Below, piece after piece: positions 28,447-37,775 of a stretch of DNA of 64,000 bases. The stretch is from a virus, in the IMG/VR virus record IMGVR_UViG_3300027996_000011, positions 1-64,000 of that record; one strand, written 5' to 3'. The position numbers and the translations under genes are program-made. The notes beneath the pieces are model-generated. The model worked only from the letters and a program-made list of their open reading frames with translations, was not told the DNA's origin and ran no database searches. How positions within the stretch are numbered: the stretch's first letter is position 1; each line of letters starts with the position of its first letter.

Positions 28447-28894
28447 TGATTTAAAAAACGACAAATATTCGTTACCTGAAGCCTTACTTAATTTGTTAAA
28501 AAATAAATTATCTTCACTAACTAAAGAAGATAAAGGTTACGACAGATGTAATACTATGGTTAATGATGGGTATGTTACTTACCCACAAGCTAAAAAATTA
28601 AAACATGAGTTGGAGAATGACTTAGAGGATATTGAGTATGAGACTGTGGGTGGTGAAGATATGTTAAATTTTATAAACAGTTCTTTAGAGTCTAGAAGAA
28701 ATGGGGTTCACAGGTCTAAAAAAATTAGACAAAATTCTGGAGAAGAAAACGTATTTAAAAAAACACACACAAAAGACAAAACTAAAAACCCAACTAAAAT
28801 AAGAAAAATAAAAGTCGCTACAAAAAGTGACGACATAAACAATAATCGAGCTATTTATGAAGAAATAAATAGAATAAAACAACTTTTAAAATAA
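28439..28894 (+). CDS. Hypothetical protein with C-terminal IYEEINRIKQLL motif
   Basis: Overlap-coupled 151-aa ORF. Confidence 0.7.
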   Translation: MNSDLKNDKYSLPEALLNLLKNKLSSLTKEDKGYDRCNTMVNDGYVTYPQAKKLKHELENDLEDIEYETVGGEDMLNFINSSLESRRNGVHRSKKIRQNSGEENVFKKTHTKDKTKNPTKIRKIKVATKSDDINNNRAIYEEINRIKQLLK

Positions 28895-28900
28895 AAAATT

Positions 28901-29257
28901 ATGGCAGATTTTAATCAAACTAAACCAGGAGCAAAATTAACAGACTTAGCTGCACAATATAGAAACCAAAACCTAGTTAAAAATGTATACCCTGTATCCG
29001 ATAGTGATGGATATAGTGCCAATCACCCTAATGCACTTGCTAATGGGGATGATAAAGGTAGGGGTAACGCAAATTATTTAGATGTTTTTGGTGAAGATAT
29101 TGGTACTCGTACTGACATTCACGGTAATGGAGAATCTAAAACCGGTAGAATCAATAACCTAAATACCAATCTTTATAGTAAGAAAAATGAATATAGTTCT
29201 GGAAATTTAGATTCTGGTCCTGGATTTGAAACAACTACAAATACACCACCGGCTTAA
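28901..29257 (+). CDS. Hypothetical protein (Asn/Gly-rich, probably structural)
   Basis: 118-aa ORF with an A-rich start context. Confidence 0.7.
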   Translation: MADFNQTKPGAKLTDLAAQYRNQNLVKNVYPVSDSDGYSANHPNALANGDDKGRGNANYLDVFGEDIGTRTDIHGNGESKTGRINNLNTNLYSKKNEYSSGNLDSGPGFETTTNTPPA

Positions 29258-29258
29258 A

Positions 29259-29660
29259 ATGAACTTATTTAATTCTCTTATTGAATTACTTAGTGAACAG
29301 GTATCCAATAGTGTAATAAAAGACGCTATAACAAATAAACATACTTGTGAATTACGGTATATGGATGACGAAAAATTACCTCAAGGTAGTCAGGTAAGAG
29401 TCATAGAGCCCGTCGCGTATGGATACTCTAAAAAAAATAATCCAGTTATAAGAGCATACCAAACTTCAGGACCCTCTTTAAAAGTTAATGAAAAAGGTAT
29501 ACCTTTACCTGACTGGAGATTATTTAGAGTTGATAGGATAAAAAGTATGAAACCTAAAAAAGGTGATGGTAGTTTATTCTTGACTTTTGGTGAACCTCCC
29601 TTATATAATCCTGTAGGGGATAACTCTATGGACAGAATGATGTACAACTCAAAATTTTAA
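29259..29660 (+). CDS. Stand-alone WYL-domain protein
   Basis: Start at ATG 29259. IKDAITNK...LRY...RVIEPVAYG...IRAYQ...WRLFRVDRI is the WYL pattern. Confidence 0.75.
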   Translation: MNLFNSLIELLSEQVSNSVIKDAITNKHTCELRYMDDEKLPQGSQVRVIEPVAYGYSKKNNPVIRAYQTSGPSLKVNEKGIPLPDWRLFRVDRIKSMKPKKGDGSLFLTFGEPPLYNPVGDNSMDRMMYNSKF

Positions 29661-29664
29661 ACTT

Positions 29665-30276
29665 ATGGATATGACAACGCTTCAACAAAATTTAGTTAAC
29701 GCTAAAAAAGTTATGAATAAAGTAGACGGTGGTAGTTTTACTAGTGGTAACGTTAATCTTTCACAAACAAATATGACTGACTCTACGGGATTATTATCAT
29801 CACCCACACCACTACCACAATCAGTTCCAACCCCTAACATAACAGAGTCAAGACAAGACCTATCACCAAAATCTAATATAACAGAAGATAGAATAAATAA
29901 ATCAAGATTGCCAGACGCTATTAAACAAGCCATGATAAATAATCCTATACCAGATATTCCTTTTAATGGTGGTGGCGTGGGACTTACTGATGAATTTTTA
30001 TCTGGTGTACAAGAACAAATGAATAAACAGGGTATGGGAACATCCGAACCACAAACTAATAACACAACACCACAAATTAATAATGTGGTACCACCAATTG
30101 GAAAAACCACAAAAAAAATATCATCTAAAAATTTAAAGTCCATAATTAAAGAATCTGTAAAAGAACTATTAGATGAAACTATTGGTTTAAAAACAGATAA
30201 TGACGAAAATTTCCAGTTCCGAGTTGGTGATAGAATTTTTTACGGAAAAATTACATCCAGTAAAACTGTTAAATAA
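29665..30276 (+). CDS. Hypothetical protein
   Basis: 203-aa ORF, last gene of the late operon. Confidence 0.7.
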   Translation: MDMTTLQQNLVNAKKVMNKVDGGSFTSGNVNLSQTNMTDSTGLLSSPTPLPQSVPTPNITESRQDLSPKSNITEDRINKSRLPDAIKQAMINNPIPDIPFNGGGVGLTDEFLSGVQEQMNKQGMGTSEPQTNNTTPQINNVVPPIGKTTKKISSKNLKSIIKESVKELLDETIGLKTDNDENFQFRVGDRIFYGKITSSKTVK

Positions 30277-30291
30277 TTACCTAAAACACCT

Positions 30292-30322
30292 TTGACATAT
30301 TCAATATATTGTTTTATTATTG
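30292..30322 (+). promoter_or_regulatory. Strong host-type promoter heading the glycan/metabolic cluster
   Basis: TTGACA-N17-TATTAT(TG), with the ATG at 30327. Confidence 0.75.
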
Positions 30323-30326
30323 AGGT

Positions 30327-31562
30327 ATGAATAAAGCAAAATACAAAATCCTTGTACTACCAAGTGATAGAACGGGGGTGTCTAAATTTAGGTCTGTTGA
30401 CCCACACACTTACTTACAAGATATGTATCCAGAAGATTTTTGGGTGGATATTGTTTATGAACCACCTTATCATGATAATAATTGGTGGAAACAATATGAT
30501 TTAATCCATTATCATAGAAGTATTGGTCCTGACTACGACGCATCAAAAGCTGTAGCTAAAAGACTTACTGGTTGGGGAATACCTCACATTATGGATATTG
30601 ATGATTATTGGTCACCTACACCAGACCATCCAGCTCACCACTTAATTAAGAAAAACGGTATAGATAAAAAAATACAAGAAAATATAAGACTAGCTGGTTA
30701 TGTAACTACAACCACTAAAGTTTTTGCCGCAGAAATAGCTAAACAAAATAAGAATGTTGAAATTTTCCCGAATGCTATAGACCACGAGGAAAAACAATAC
30801 GTACCACAACCAACAAAATCAGACAAGGTTAGAATTGGCTGGTTGGGTGGTTCTTCACACATAGAAGATTTAAATATTTTACAAGGTATGGCCGGTAAAA
30901 TACAAAGTGCCAAAAAAGACGAATTCCAATTTGTTTTATGTGGTTATGACTTACGAGGTAGTATGACTATGATTGATGAAAAAACCGGTAAACAGACTCA
31001 ACGTCCTATTAAACCAGAAGAATCTGTATGGTACAAATATGAACAATTATTCACTGACAATTATAAAATAGTAAGTGGTGATTATAAAAAAGAATTATTA
31101 GGATTTCAGAAAAAAAATATTAGTGGTGATTTAAATTCGGTTTATAGAAGAGTTTGGACCAAACCAATTACAACCTACGCGTCTAATTATAACTATTTTG
31201 ACGTTAGTATTGCACCTCTTAAAGAACATATTTTTAATCAAGTAAAATCACAATTAAAAGTTATAGAAGCTGGATTCCATAAAAAAGCTTTAATAGCTCA
31301 AGATTATGGACCTTACACAGTAGATTGTATAAGTGCTTTAGATAAGGGCGGTATTATAAACTCAACTGGTAATGCTCTTTTGGTTGATTCACATAAAAAC
31401 CACAAACAGTGGTTTCAACACGTAAAAAGACTAATCGACAACCCTAATTTAGTTGAGGATTTGGGTGAAAGACTTCATGAAACAATAGCACCACACTATA
31501 ATTTAAAAACAGTGACTGAAAAAAGAGCTGAGTGGTATAAAGAATTAATAAGAAAATCATAA
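30327..31562 (+). CDS. GT-B (GT4-like) glycosyltransferase
   Basis: MDIDDYW, VRIGWLGGSSH, DVSIAPL...FNQVKSQLKVIEAG. Confidence 0.8.
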   Translation: MNKAKYKILVLPSDRTGVSKFRSVDPHTYLQDMYPEDFWVDIVYEPPYHDNNWWKQYDLIHYHRSIGPDYDASKAVAKRLTGWGIPHIMDIDDYWSPTPDHPAHHLIKKNGIDKKIQENIRLAGYVTTTTKVFAAEIAKQNKNVEIFPNAIDHEEKQYVPQPTKSDKVRIGWLGGSSHIEDLNILQGMAGKIQSAKKDEFQFVLCGYDLRGSMTMIDEKTGKQTQRPIKPEESVWYKYEQLFTDNYKIVSGDYKKELLGFQKKNISGDLNSVYRRVWTKPITTYASNYNYFDVSIAPLKEHIFNQVKSQLKVIEAGFHKKALIAQDYGPYTVDCISALDKGGIINSTGNALLVDSHKNHKQWFQHVKRLIDNPNLVEDLGERLHETIAPHYNLKTVTEKRAEWYKELIRKS

Positions 31563-31573
31563 AAAATTAAAAA

Positions 31574-32005
31574 ATGGCAGAAGTAGTAATTAATGACAAA
31601 ATAAAGACCCACGAAGAGGGCAAACACACTTATATTGGAAAATATAAGGGAAAAGATTTTAAGGCAAGTATGCAAGACATGAATGATGATAGAGAACTTG
31701 TTTATATGGAAGGTGAGGAAAATTTCACTGATGAAGATAAGGACGTTATTTTTGAACAATTGGACGACATGAGTTATGTGGACTCTATAGAAGAGGCTGG
31801 TAATGATAAAGTATATATAGAAAATAACTATGAAACTTGGTTTGCTTTTAAGTTTGAGGCTTATGGTTCTTATGGTGAGCATAAGTTTATAGTTGAGGAG
31901 TATAGTGATGAACACGGTGGTGATGCCACTTTTGTAGAAGGTGAGGATAAATTTAGTGAAGAAGAACAAGAACTAATTTACGAAGCCGTAAACGAATATA
32001 TGTAA
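31574..32005 (+). CDS. Very acidic protein with internal domain duplication
   Basis: The two halves end in EGEENFTDEDKDVIFEQL and EGEDKFSEEEQELIYEAV. Confidence 0.75.
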   Translation: MAEVVINDKIKTHEEGKHTYIGKYKGKDFKASMQDMNDDRELVYMEGEENFTDEDKDVIFEQLDDMSYVDSIEEAGNDKVYIENNYETWFAFKFEAYGSYGEHKFIVEEYSDEHGGDATFVEGEDKFSEEEQELIYEAVNEYM

Positions 32006-32006
32006 T

Positions 32007-32159
32007 ATGGAAGTGTTAATGTGTTTGTTTGTTGTTTTATTTATAATTTTTTTATGTAGATATGTTATGTCAGAGGGGTATAAACGGGAAAACGAAAAAC
32101 AATTTCTTCATAACTTAGAAAACTTTGATAAAAAAGAAAAAGAAAATGAAACAAAGTAA
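32007..32159 (+). CDS. Small single-pass membrane protein (50 aa)
   Basis: Not in the track. MEVLMCLFVVLFIIFLCRYVMSEGYKRENEKQFLHNLENFDKKEKENETK fills the gap between neighbours. Confidence 0.6.
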   Translation: MEVLMCLFVVLFIIFLCRYVMSEGYKRENEKQFLHNLENFDKKEKENETK

Positions 32160-32400
32160 ATTACCAGTTTGGTTTGATGGGGAAACTTATAATGAAGGTG
32201 GTAAAGTAAGAAATAGGTTTTCAGGGGAAGAATATGAATTAACACCAGAAGAATTGTCTATGTATGACTTTATAATGGGTAGCCAAATAGTTTTAGAAAT
32301 GGGAATGATAGACAACCCTAAAATGGTTGAAGACCTAAGAAAAGGACTAGAGTGGTTTAGGATAAATAATAGTAAGGCTTATATGGTCTTATTAGATTAA
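32146..32400 (+). CDS. Hypothetical protein
   Basis: Start reassigned to ATG 32146 (MKQSKLPVWF...). Confidence 0.7.
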   Translation: MKQSKLPVWFDGETYNEGGKVRNRFSGEEYELTPEELSMYDFIMGSQIVLEMGMIDNPKMVEDLRKGLEWFRINNSKAYMVLLD

Positions 32401-32425
32401 TTAATAAAAAATAAAAAATTAAAAA

Positions 32426-32605
32426 ATGGCAGTAGAGATTAATATTATGGAAAATGGACCTATCTTGGTCAAAGGAGAAACCACAGTAACAAAAGGTGGG
32501 GAAAAAGTAGTGGTAAGTGAAAATTACGCATTGTGTAGATGTGGGAAAAGTAAGTCCCAACCAATGTGTGATGGAACACATAAATTAGAAAATTTTAAAG
32601 GATAA
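32426..32605 (+). CDS. CDGSH-type [2Fe-2S] domain protein (59 aa)
   Basis: Not in the track. MAVEINIMENGPILVKG...YALCRCGKSKSQPMCDGTHK has the full C-x-C-x2-S-x3-P-x-CDG[ST]H motif. Confidence 0.9.
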   Translation: MAVEINIMENGPILVKGETTVTKGGEKVVVSENYALCRCGKSKSQPMCDGTHKLENFKG

Positions 32606-32609
32606 AAAT

Positions 32610-32840
32610 ATGTATTATCAAGCAATCGTGGCATTCGAAACTGGAGTTATGGATAACGAAGGAAATGCTAAAGTTAAAAAATTTAAATATGTTGTGGAAG
32701 CTGAGTCTCTTTTTGAGGTTAATAAAAGGTTAGCATCTTACTTATCTGAAGACACTAGAGATTCAGAAATAGTATCAATTGCTAAGGCTCCTTTTGAGGA
32801 TTTTTTACACCCGGAATTGACCCCTAAGTATTATGGATAA
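32610..32840 (+). CDS. DUF4494-like protein
   Basis: YYQAIVAFE...G..KVKK.KYVVEAESLFEV resembles the Bacteroidota DUF4494 half-domain (recognised from memory). Confidence 0.5.
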   Translation: MYYQAIVAFETGVMDNEGNAKVKKFKYVVEAESLFEVNKRLASYLSEDTRDSEIVSIAKAPFEDFLHPELTPKYYG

Positions 32841-33438
32841 AGAAAGTAACACTTGGAAAGAGATAATGTCAATGGCTAAAAATAATCCAAAACAAATGGA
32901 CGACACTTCACTATTAAAAAATTTGGGTTTGGATGGGGATACTTTAAAAAAAATCGAGGAGGACACTATTGAGTCCGCCAAAGAAGAGATTAAAGTTAAG
33001 GTTAGCTTTATGAATACCTCCACCAACGAAGACCCAAAACACAAATATATAGATGACAGTGGGATGGATTTACGTGCTAATTTAGAAAATCAGGTACATC
33101 TTAAACCAAGCGAAATAAAATTAATCCCAACAGGACTACACTTTGAATTACCTGAAAGTATGGAAATACAAGTAAGACCTAGAAGTGGTTTGGCAGCAAA
33201 AAATGGTATTACTGTTTTAAATACACCAGGAACTGTAGATAGGGGTTATAGTGGAGAAATAAAAGTTATTTTAATTAATTTGGGTAAGGACACTTTTATA
33301 GTAAATCATGGTGATAGAATTGCACAAGCTGTAATTTCACCAGTAATATCTGGTAGGTGGTGTACACTAACTAAAAAAAATAAACTAGCAAATACCAAAA
33401 GAAGTGATGGGGGATTTGGTTCAACAGGTATAAATTAA
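32833..33438 (+). CDS. dut: dUTPase (trimeric) with N-terminal extension
   Basis: SGMDL, IPTG, RPRSGLA, GTVDRGYSGE, GDRIAQ, RSDGGFGSTG. Confidence 0.95.
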   Translation: MDKESNTWKEIMSMAKNNPKQMDDTSLLKNLGLDGDTLKKIEEDTIESAKEEIKVKVSFMNTSTNEDPKHKYIDDSGMDLRANLENQVHLKPSEIKLIPTGLHFELPESMEIQVRPRSGLAAKNGITVLNTPGTVDRGYSGEIKVILINLGKDTFIVNHGDRIAQAVISPVISGRWCTLTKKNKLANTKRSDGGFGSTGIN

Positions 33439-33447
33439 AAATATATT

Positions 33448-34890
33448 ATGTCATTATCAGTAGTATTCAGTTCAAAAGAAATAAATAAAGATTTTATAGA
33501 GTTAATAAAAAAAACCTCTGGGGTACATAAAATAGAAATTTTACCATATGAAAATCCAGGAAAATATTCTTTAACTGATGTCTACAATATGGGTTTGAAG
33601 GACTCAAAAAATGACATAGTTTTATTTTGTCATGACGATATTAAGTTTGATACTAAAAATTGGGGTAGAAAGTTACTTAAACATTTTGAAAAAAGTGATT
33701 ATGGTATATTAGGTGTTGCTGGATGTAGGTATTTACCTGAATCTGGAAAATGGTGGGAAATACCATCAGAAATGATGGGTCAGGTTTACCACGAAAATGA
33801 TGGTAAAAGATGGTTATCAACATATAACCCTAAATTTGGTAATAATATATTACCCTCTGTTTTAGTTGATGGGTTATTTTTTGCTGTTAATAAGAATAAC
33901 TTATCTAGGGATTTTGACGAGTCCGTTAGGGGGTTCCATTTTTATGATTTAAACTTCTGTGTACAAAACTTCTTGTCTGGTGTTAAAATTGGTGTTATCT
34001 CTAATATTGACATTACCCACTTATCTATTGGTCAAACTAATCAAGAATGGGAAAGGAATAGGATTTTATTTAGTGAAAAGTATAGTGATAGTTTACCATT
34101 AATGGTTAGCTTAGTTATGCCCGAATTAAAACCTAAAAAAAGTAGTCCTTTAGTTTCTATTATAATTCCTGTTTATAATTATGGAAAAACTTTAGATAGG
34201 GCAATAACTTCAGTATTTTCCCAAACCTATAAAAATTTAGAAATTATTATAATAGATGATGGGTCTACAGATAATTTTACAAAGTTAAAACTTAAAAATT
34301 TAAAATTACCAAATACTAAAATCATATTTCAAGAAAATGGAGGCCCTTCTAAAGCTAGGAATGAAGGTATAAAAATTTCTAGTGGTGAATATATTTTACC
34401 TTTGGATTCTGATGATTTGATGCACCCTACTTACGTAGAACAGTGTATAAAAATTATAACTACAGATAAAAAATATAGCCCTATATATTGTGATACAGTA
34501 CATGAGGGACAAATGAGGGGTATAGAAAAAAGGCCTGAGTGGAGTAAAGAAAGATTAATTAATGGCCCTTTTATCGTTAATTGTTCTATGTTTAGTAGAG
34601 AAGCTTTTGATTCTATAAATGGTTATGACGAAGAACTAAAAGGTTGGGAGGATTACGACATGTGGTTACGAATGATGCAAGAAGGTTATGTGGGTAAAAG
34701 AATCCCAAACCCTTTATTTATTTATTTCCACCATGAAAGTGAAGGGACGGTATCCACTATAGCAAATCAAGATACTAAATCACTACACGAAAAAATATTA
34801 ATAAAAAACAAGTTAATAACTGACCCAGCTAAAACATCTATTTACACTCCTTTAACGAATAATAACACATCATTTAATTCATTTGTATAA
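33448..34890 (+). CDS. Two-domain GT-A glycosyltransferase (GT2-like + GT2)
   Basis: N-domain FCHDDI...FHFYD; C-domain VSIIIPVYN, IIDDGSTD, LPLDSDD, WEDYDMWLR. Confidence 0.9.
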   Translation: MSLSVVFSSKEINKDFIELIKKTSGVHKIEILPYENPGKYSLTDVYNMGLKDSKNDIVLFCHDDIKFDTKNWGRKLLKHFEKSDYGILGVAGCRYLPESGKWWEIPSEMMGQVYHENDGKRWLSTYNPKFGNNILPSVLVDGLFFAVNKNNLSRDFDESVRGFHFYDLNFCVQNFLSGVKIGVISNIDITHLSIGQTNQEWERNRILFSEKYSDSLPLMVSLVMPELKPKKSSPLVSIIIPVYNYGKTLDRAITSVFSQTYKNLEIIIIDDGSTDNFTKLKLKNLKLPNTKIIFQENGGPSKARNEGIKISSGEYILPLDSDDLMHPTYVEQCIKIITTDKKYSPIYCDTVHEGQMRGIEKRPEWSKERLINGPFIVNCSMFSREAFDSINGYDEELKGWEDYDMWLRMMQEGYVGKRIPNPLFIYFHHESEGTVSTIANQDTKSLHEKILIKNKLITDPAKTSIYTPLTNNNTSFNSFV

Positions 34891-34893
34891 AAT

Positions 34894-35589
34894 ATGGAAA
34901 CACTAACAGTATTATGTTCAAACTACAATTCAGATAGGTGGATTGATAACTACTTATTGTCACTTAACAACCAACTTCTTAAGGAGTTTACTATTATATT
35001 TGTTGACGCAAATTCTACTGACCACTCACTTAAAACAATTAAAAATTATAAATTTAGAGAAGGTATCACCAAAAAAATTATAGAAAACGATAAAAGAATT
35101 ACGATTTACGAAGCTTGGAATATGGCTATAGAGGCTAGTAAAAGTGAGTTTGTAATTAATTTTAATACTGATGATAGATTGTTTCCCGGTGCCTTACTAA
35201 CCCTATACCATTATATGGTACAAAATCCAAATGTTGACATTGCTTATGGTACTAGTTTAATTGTTGGTGATGAGGACCATAATAATATTAGAGGAATACA
35301 GAATTGGCCGGAACATAGCCACGAAATATTATTACAAAATTGTATTTGTGGACCATTTCCAATAGTAAAAAAATCAGTACTTGTAAATAATGGATTATTT
35401 AACCCAAAATATACTATATCAGGTGATTATGAAATGTGGTTAAGACTATCTAAAAGAAATTACAAATTTAAAAAAATAATTGACTTTTTAGGTTCATACT
35501 ACGACAACCCTAAAGGGGTTAGTTCCGATAAATCCACACTACAAGAACACATAAAACAAGATACTGAAATAAGAAATTTACATAGATGA
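34894..35589 (+). CDS. GT2 glycosyltransferase
   Basis: FVDANSTD, IYEAWN, NTDD, SGDYEMWLR. Confidence 0.85.
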   Translation: METLTVLCSNYNSDRWIDNYLLSLNNQLLKEFTIIFVDANSTDHSLKTIKNYKFREGITKKIIENDKRITIYEAWNMAIEASKSEFVINFNTDDRLFPGALLTLYHYMVQNPNVDIAYGTSLIVGDEDHNNIRGIQNWPEHSHEILLQNCICGPFPIVKKSVLVNNGLFNPKYTISGDYEMWLRLSKRNYKFKKIIDFLGSYYDNPKGVSSDKSTLQEHIKQDTEIRNLHR

Positions 35590-36272
35590 AAAAATTAATC
35601 TGTTATAGTTTGTGGGGTGATAACCCTAGATATACTGAAGGAGCTATTAGAAATGCTGAATTAGCTAAAGTAGTATATCCTGATTGGATTTGTAGGTTTT
35701 ATGTTGGTAATTGTGTTCCGATTGATATAATGAATAGATTAACTTCTTTTGATAATGTTGAAATAGTTGAGATGGGTGTTGTTGGTGATTGGACTGGTAT
35801 GTTTTGGCGTTTTACCGCTGCTAGTGATAAAGATGTTAGTATTATGTTATCTAGAGATACTGATAGTAGATTAACTTTACGGGAAAAGTATTCTGTGGAT
35901 GAGTGGTTAAATAGTAAGTTTAGTTTTCATATTATGAGAGACCACCCTTATCATTCTACCGAAATTTTAGGTGGTATGTGGGGTGTTAAAGGTGACATAT
36001 TAGACGGTATAAGTAATTTAATAACTGATTATGTAAAAGGTGATTTTTGGCAAGTAGACCAGAATTTTTTAAGAGAAAAAATTTGGCCTTTAGTTAAAGA
36101 AAATTCTTTTACTCACGATGAATTCTTTAGTCATGTTTTTGGTCCTGCTAACCCATATAAATTTAAAAGAGACCCCAAACACTTTATTGGTCAAGCTTAC
36201 GATGGTGATGATAAAATATTAGACGATAATGTATATTTTAATGATTACTTAGATAAGTCTAAAAAAATATAA
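35586..36272 (+). CDS. Putative GT-A-fold glycosyltransferase
   Basis: YSLWG...MFWRF...SRDTDSR...HIMRDHPYH..ILGGMWG...DQ.FL; DxD motif. Confidence 0.55.
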   Translation: MKKLICYSLWGDNPRYTEGAIRNAELAKVVYPDWICRFYVGNCVPIDIMNRLTSFDNVEIVEMGVVGDWTGMFWRFTAASDKDVSIMLSRDTDSRLTLREKYSVDEWLNSKFSFHIMRDHPYHSTEILGGMWGVKGDILDGISNLITDYVKGDFWQVDQNFLREKIWPLVKENSFTHDEFFSHVFGPANPYKFKRDPKHFIGQAYDGDDKILDDNVYFNDYLDKSKKI

Positions 36273-36276
36273 CAAT

Positions 36277-37104
36277 ATGAGAGTTTACGCAAATATAATG
36301 ACAAAAAATGAGGAGCTACTACTAAACGAACTACTCCCAATATGGAATAACTACCCAGTAGAAAAATTTATCTTTTATAACGATAATTCTACAGACGGTA
36401 GCGTTAACCTTATAAAATCCTACTTAGGTGATAGAGCTGTTATTCTTAATGATAATTTAGAAGAATTTAATGAATCACACAATAGGTCTAGAATGTTAGA
36501 ATATAGTAGAGAAGATGGGGCTACTCATGTTATAGCTTTTGATTGTGACGAATTACTCTCAAATAATACTATAACTAATTTTAATGAGGTTATTAATATG
36601 TATGAAACTAAAGACGTTTATCTTTACTGGTATAATGTTGTAAATAACACTTTAAGTGAGACTAGGAATGACCCTTCTTACATACATAACTATCGTAGTT
36701 TTATATTACCACTTAAAAATACTGGTAAATTTAACTTAGCTTTATGGAAATACCACACACCTAGAACACCACAAATCAACCTACCTAAAAGCACAACTAA
36801 AGATTATGGTGTTATACACCTACAATCAATTAATACAAAATTTTACGCCTTAAAACAATTATGGTATAAACACTATGAGTATGTTAAATATAACCACCCG
36901 GTAACATTTATTAATCAAAGATATGACCCAGTAATTAATAATTTAAATTTTATGTCTGTACAAACACCAGAAGAAATTCTTGGTGATATAAAATTTGACC
37001 ACACGGTATATGATAAGATGTGTGAACATAAAGGATATTTAAAATTTATAAAAGAAAATTATAATAGTGAGTTAGTTACTTTTGGTTCTGAGTTTTTAGA
37101 TTAA
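36277..37104 (+). CDS. GT2-like glycosyltransferase
   Basis: KNEE, YNDNSTDGS, AFDCDE. Confidence 0.75.
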   Translation: MRVYANIMTKNEELLLNELLPIWNNYPVEKFIFYNDNSTDGSVNLIKSYLGDRAVILNDNLEEFNESHNRSRMLEYSREDGATHVIAFDCDELLSNNTITNFNEVINMYETKDVYLYWYNVVNNTLSETRNDPSYIHNYRSFILPLKNTGKFNLALWKYHTPRTPQINLPKSTTKDYGVIHLQSINTKFYALKQLWYKHYEYVKYNHPVTFINQRYDPVINNLNFMSVQTPEEILGDIKFDHTVYDKMCEHKGYLKFIKENYNSELVTFGSEFLD

Positions 37105-37142
37105 AATATTTACGAATATAAAAATAATATGTATATTTTAGT

Positions 37143-37769
37143 ATGGACCATCACGATAAACTAAACTTCGAAGAAATCACTAAATTTATTAAAGATGATA
37201 GTGTTGTTGTAGATGTTGGGGCACATATAGGTGGTTATTGTGATTTTTTTTTAGAGAAGTTGGGTAAGTCAGGTAAAATATACGCTTTAGAAATACACCC
37301 AAAGAACTACGCTAGACTGTATAATAAATATAAATTATTAAATAATTTAGTTTTGATTCATAAAGCTGCTTCTAATAATGACGGGGTTGAGGATGTGTAT
37401 CATAACGGTAGTCCCGGACATACCCAAACTACTAATATATTAGGTAAAGACACTAATGAAGTAAGTGTGCCTAGAATTGGTTCGATACAGAGTATTAAAT
37501 TGGACACACTATTACATAATGAAAATAGTATAGATTTAGTAAAGATTGATGTTGAGGGTGCTGAGATAAAAGTTTTAGAAGGATTATCTAAAATACATAA
37601 TAGAATTAATCATTTACTTATTGAATGTCATTTTGATAAGGATTGGGGCAGGATAAAAGACCTTTTACTTAATGAGTATAATTTTTTGTGTTACGATTTA
37701 AGTGATAAAAACAATATAGATATTACCACTGACAAACGAGCTTATCAGTGTTTATGTAAAAAAAAATAA
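37143..37769 (+). CDS. FkbM-family methyltransferase
   Basis: VDVGAHIG, KIDVEGAE. Confidence 0.9.
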   Translation: MDHHDKLNFEEITKFIKDDSVVVDVGAHIGGYCDFFLEKLGKSGKIYALEIHPKNYARLYNKYKLLNNLVLIHKAASNNDGVEDVYHNGSPGHTQTTNILGKDTNEVSVPRIGSIQSIKLDTLLHNENSIDLVKIDVEGAEIKVLEGLSKIHNRINHLLIECHFDKDWGRIKDLLLNEYNFLCYDLSDKNNIDITTDKRAYQCLCKKK

Positions 37770-37775
37770 TTTAAT

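Noticed and set aside
32357-32581. 74-aa minus-strand ORF
   Set aside because: It is antisense to the CDGSH gene, which has a clear motif.
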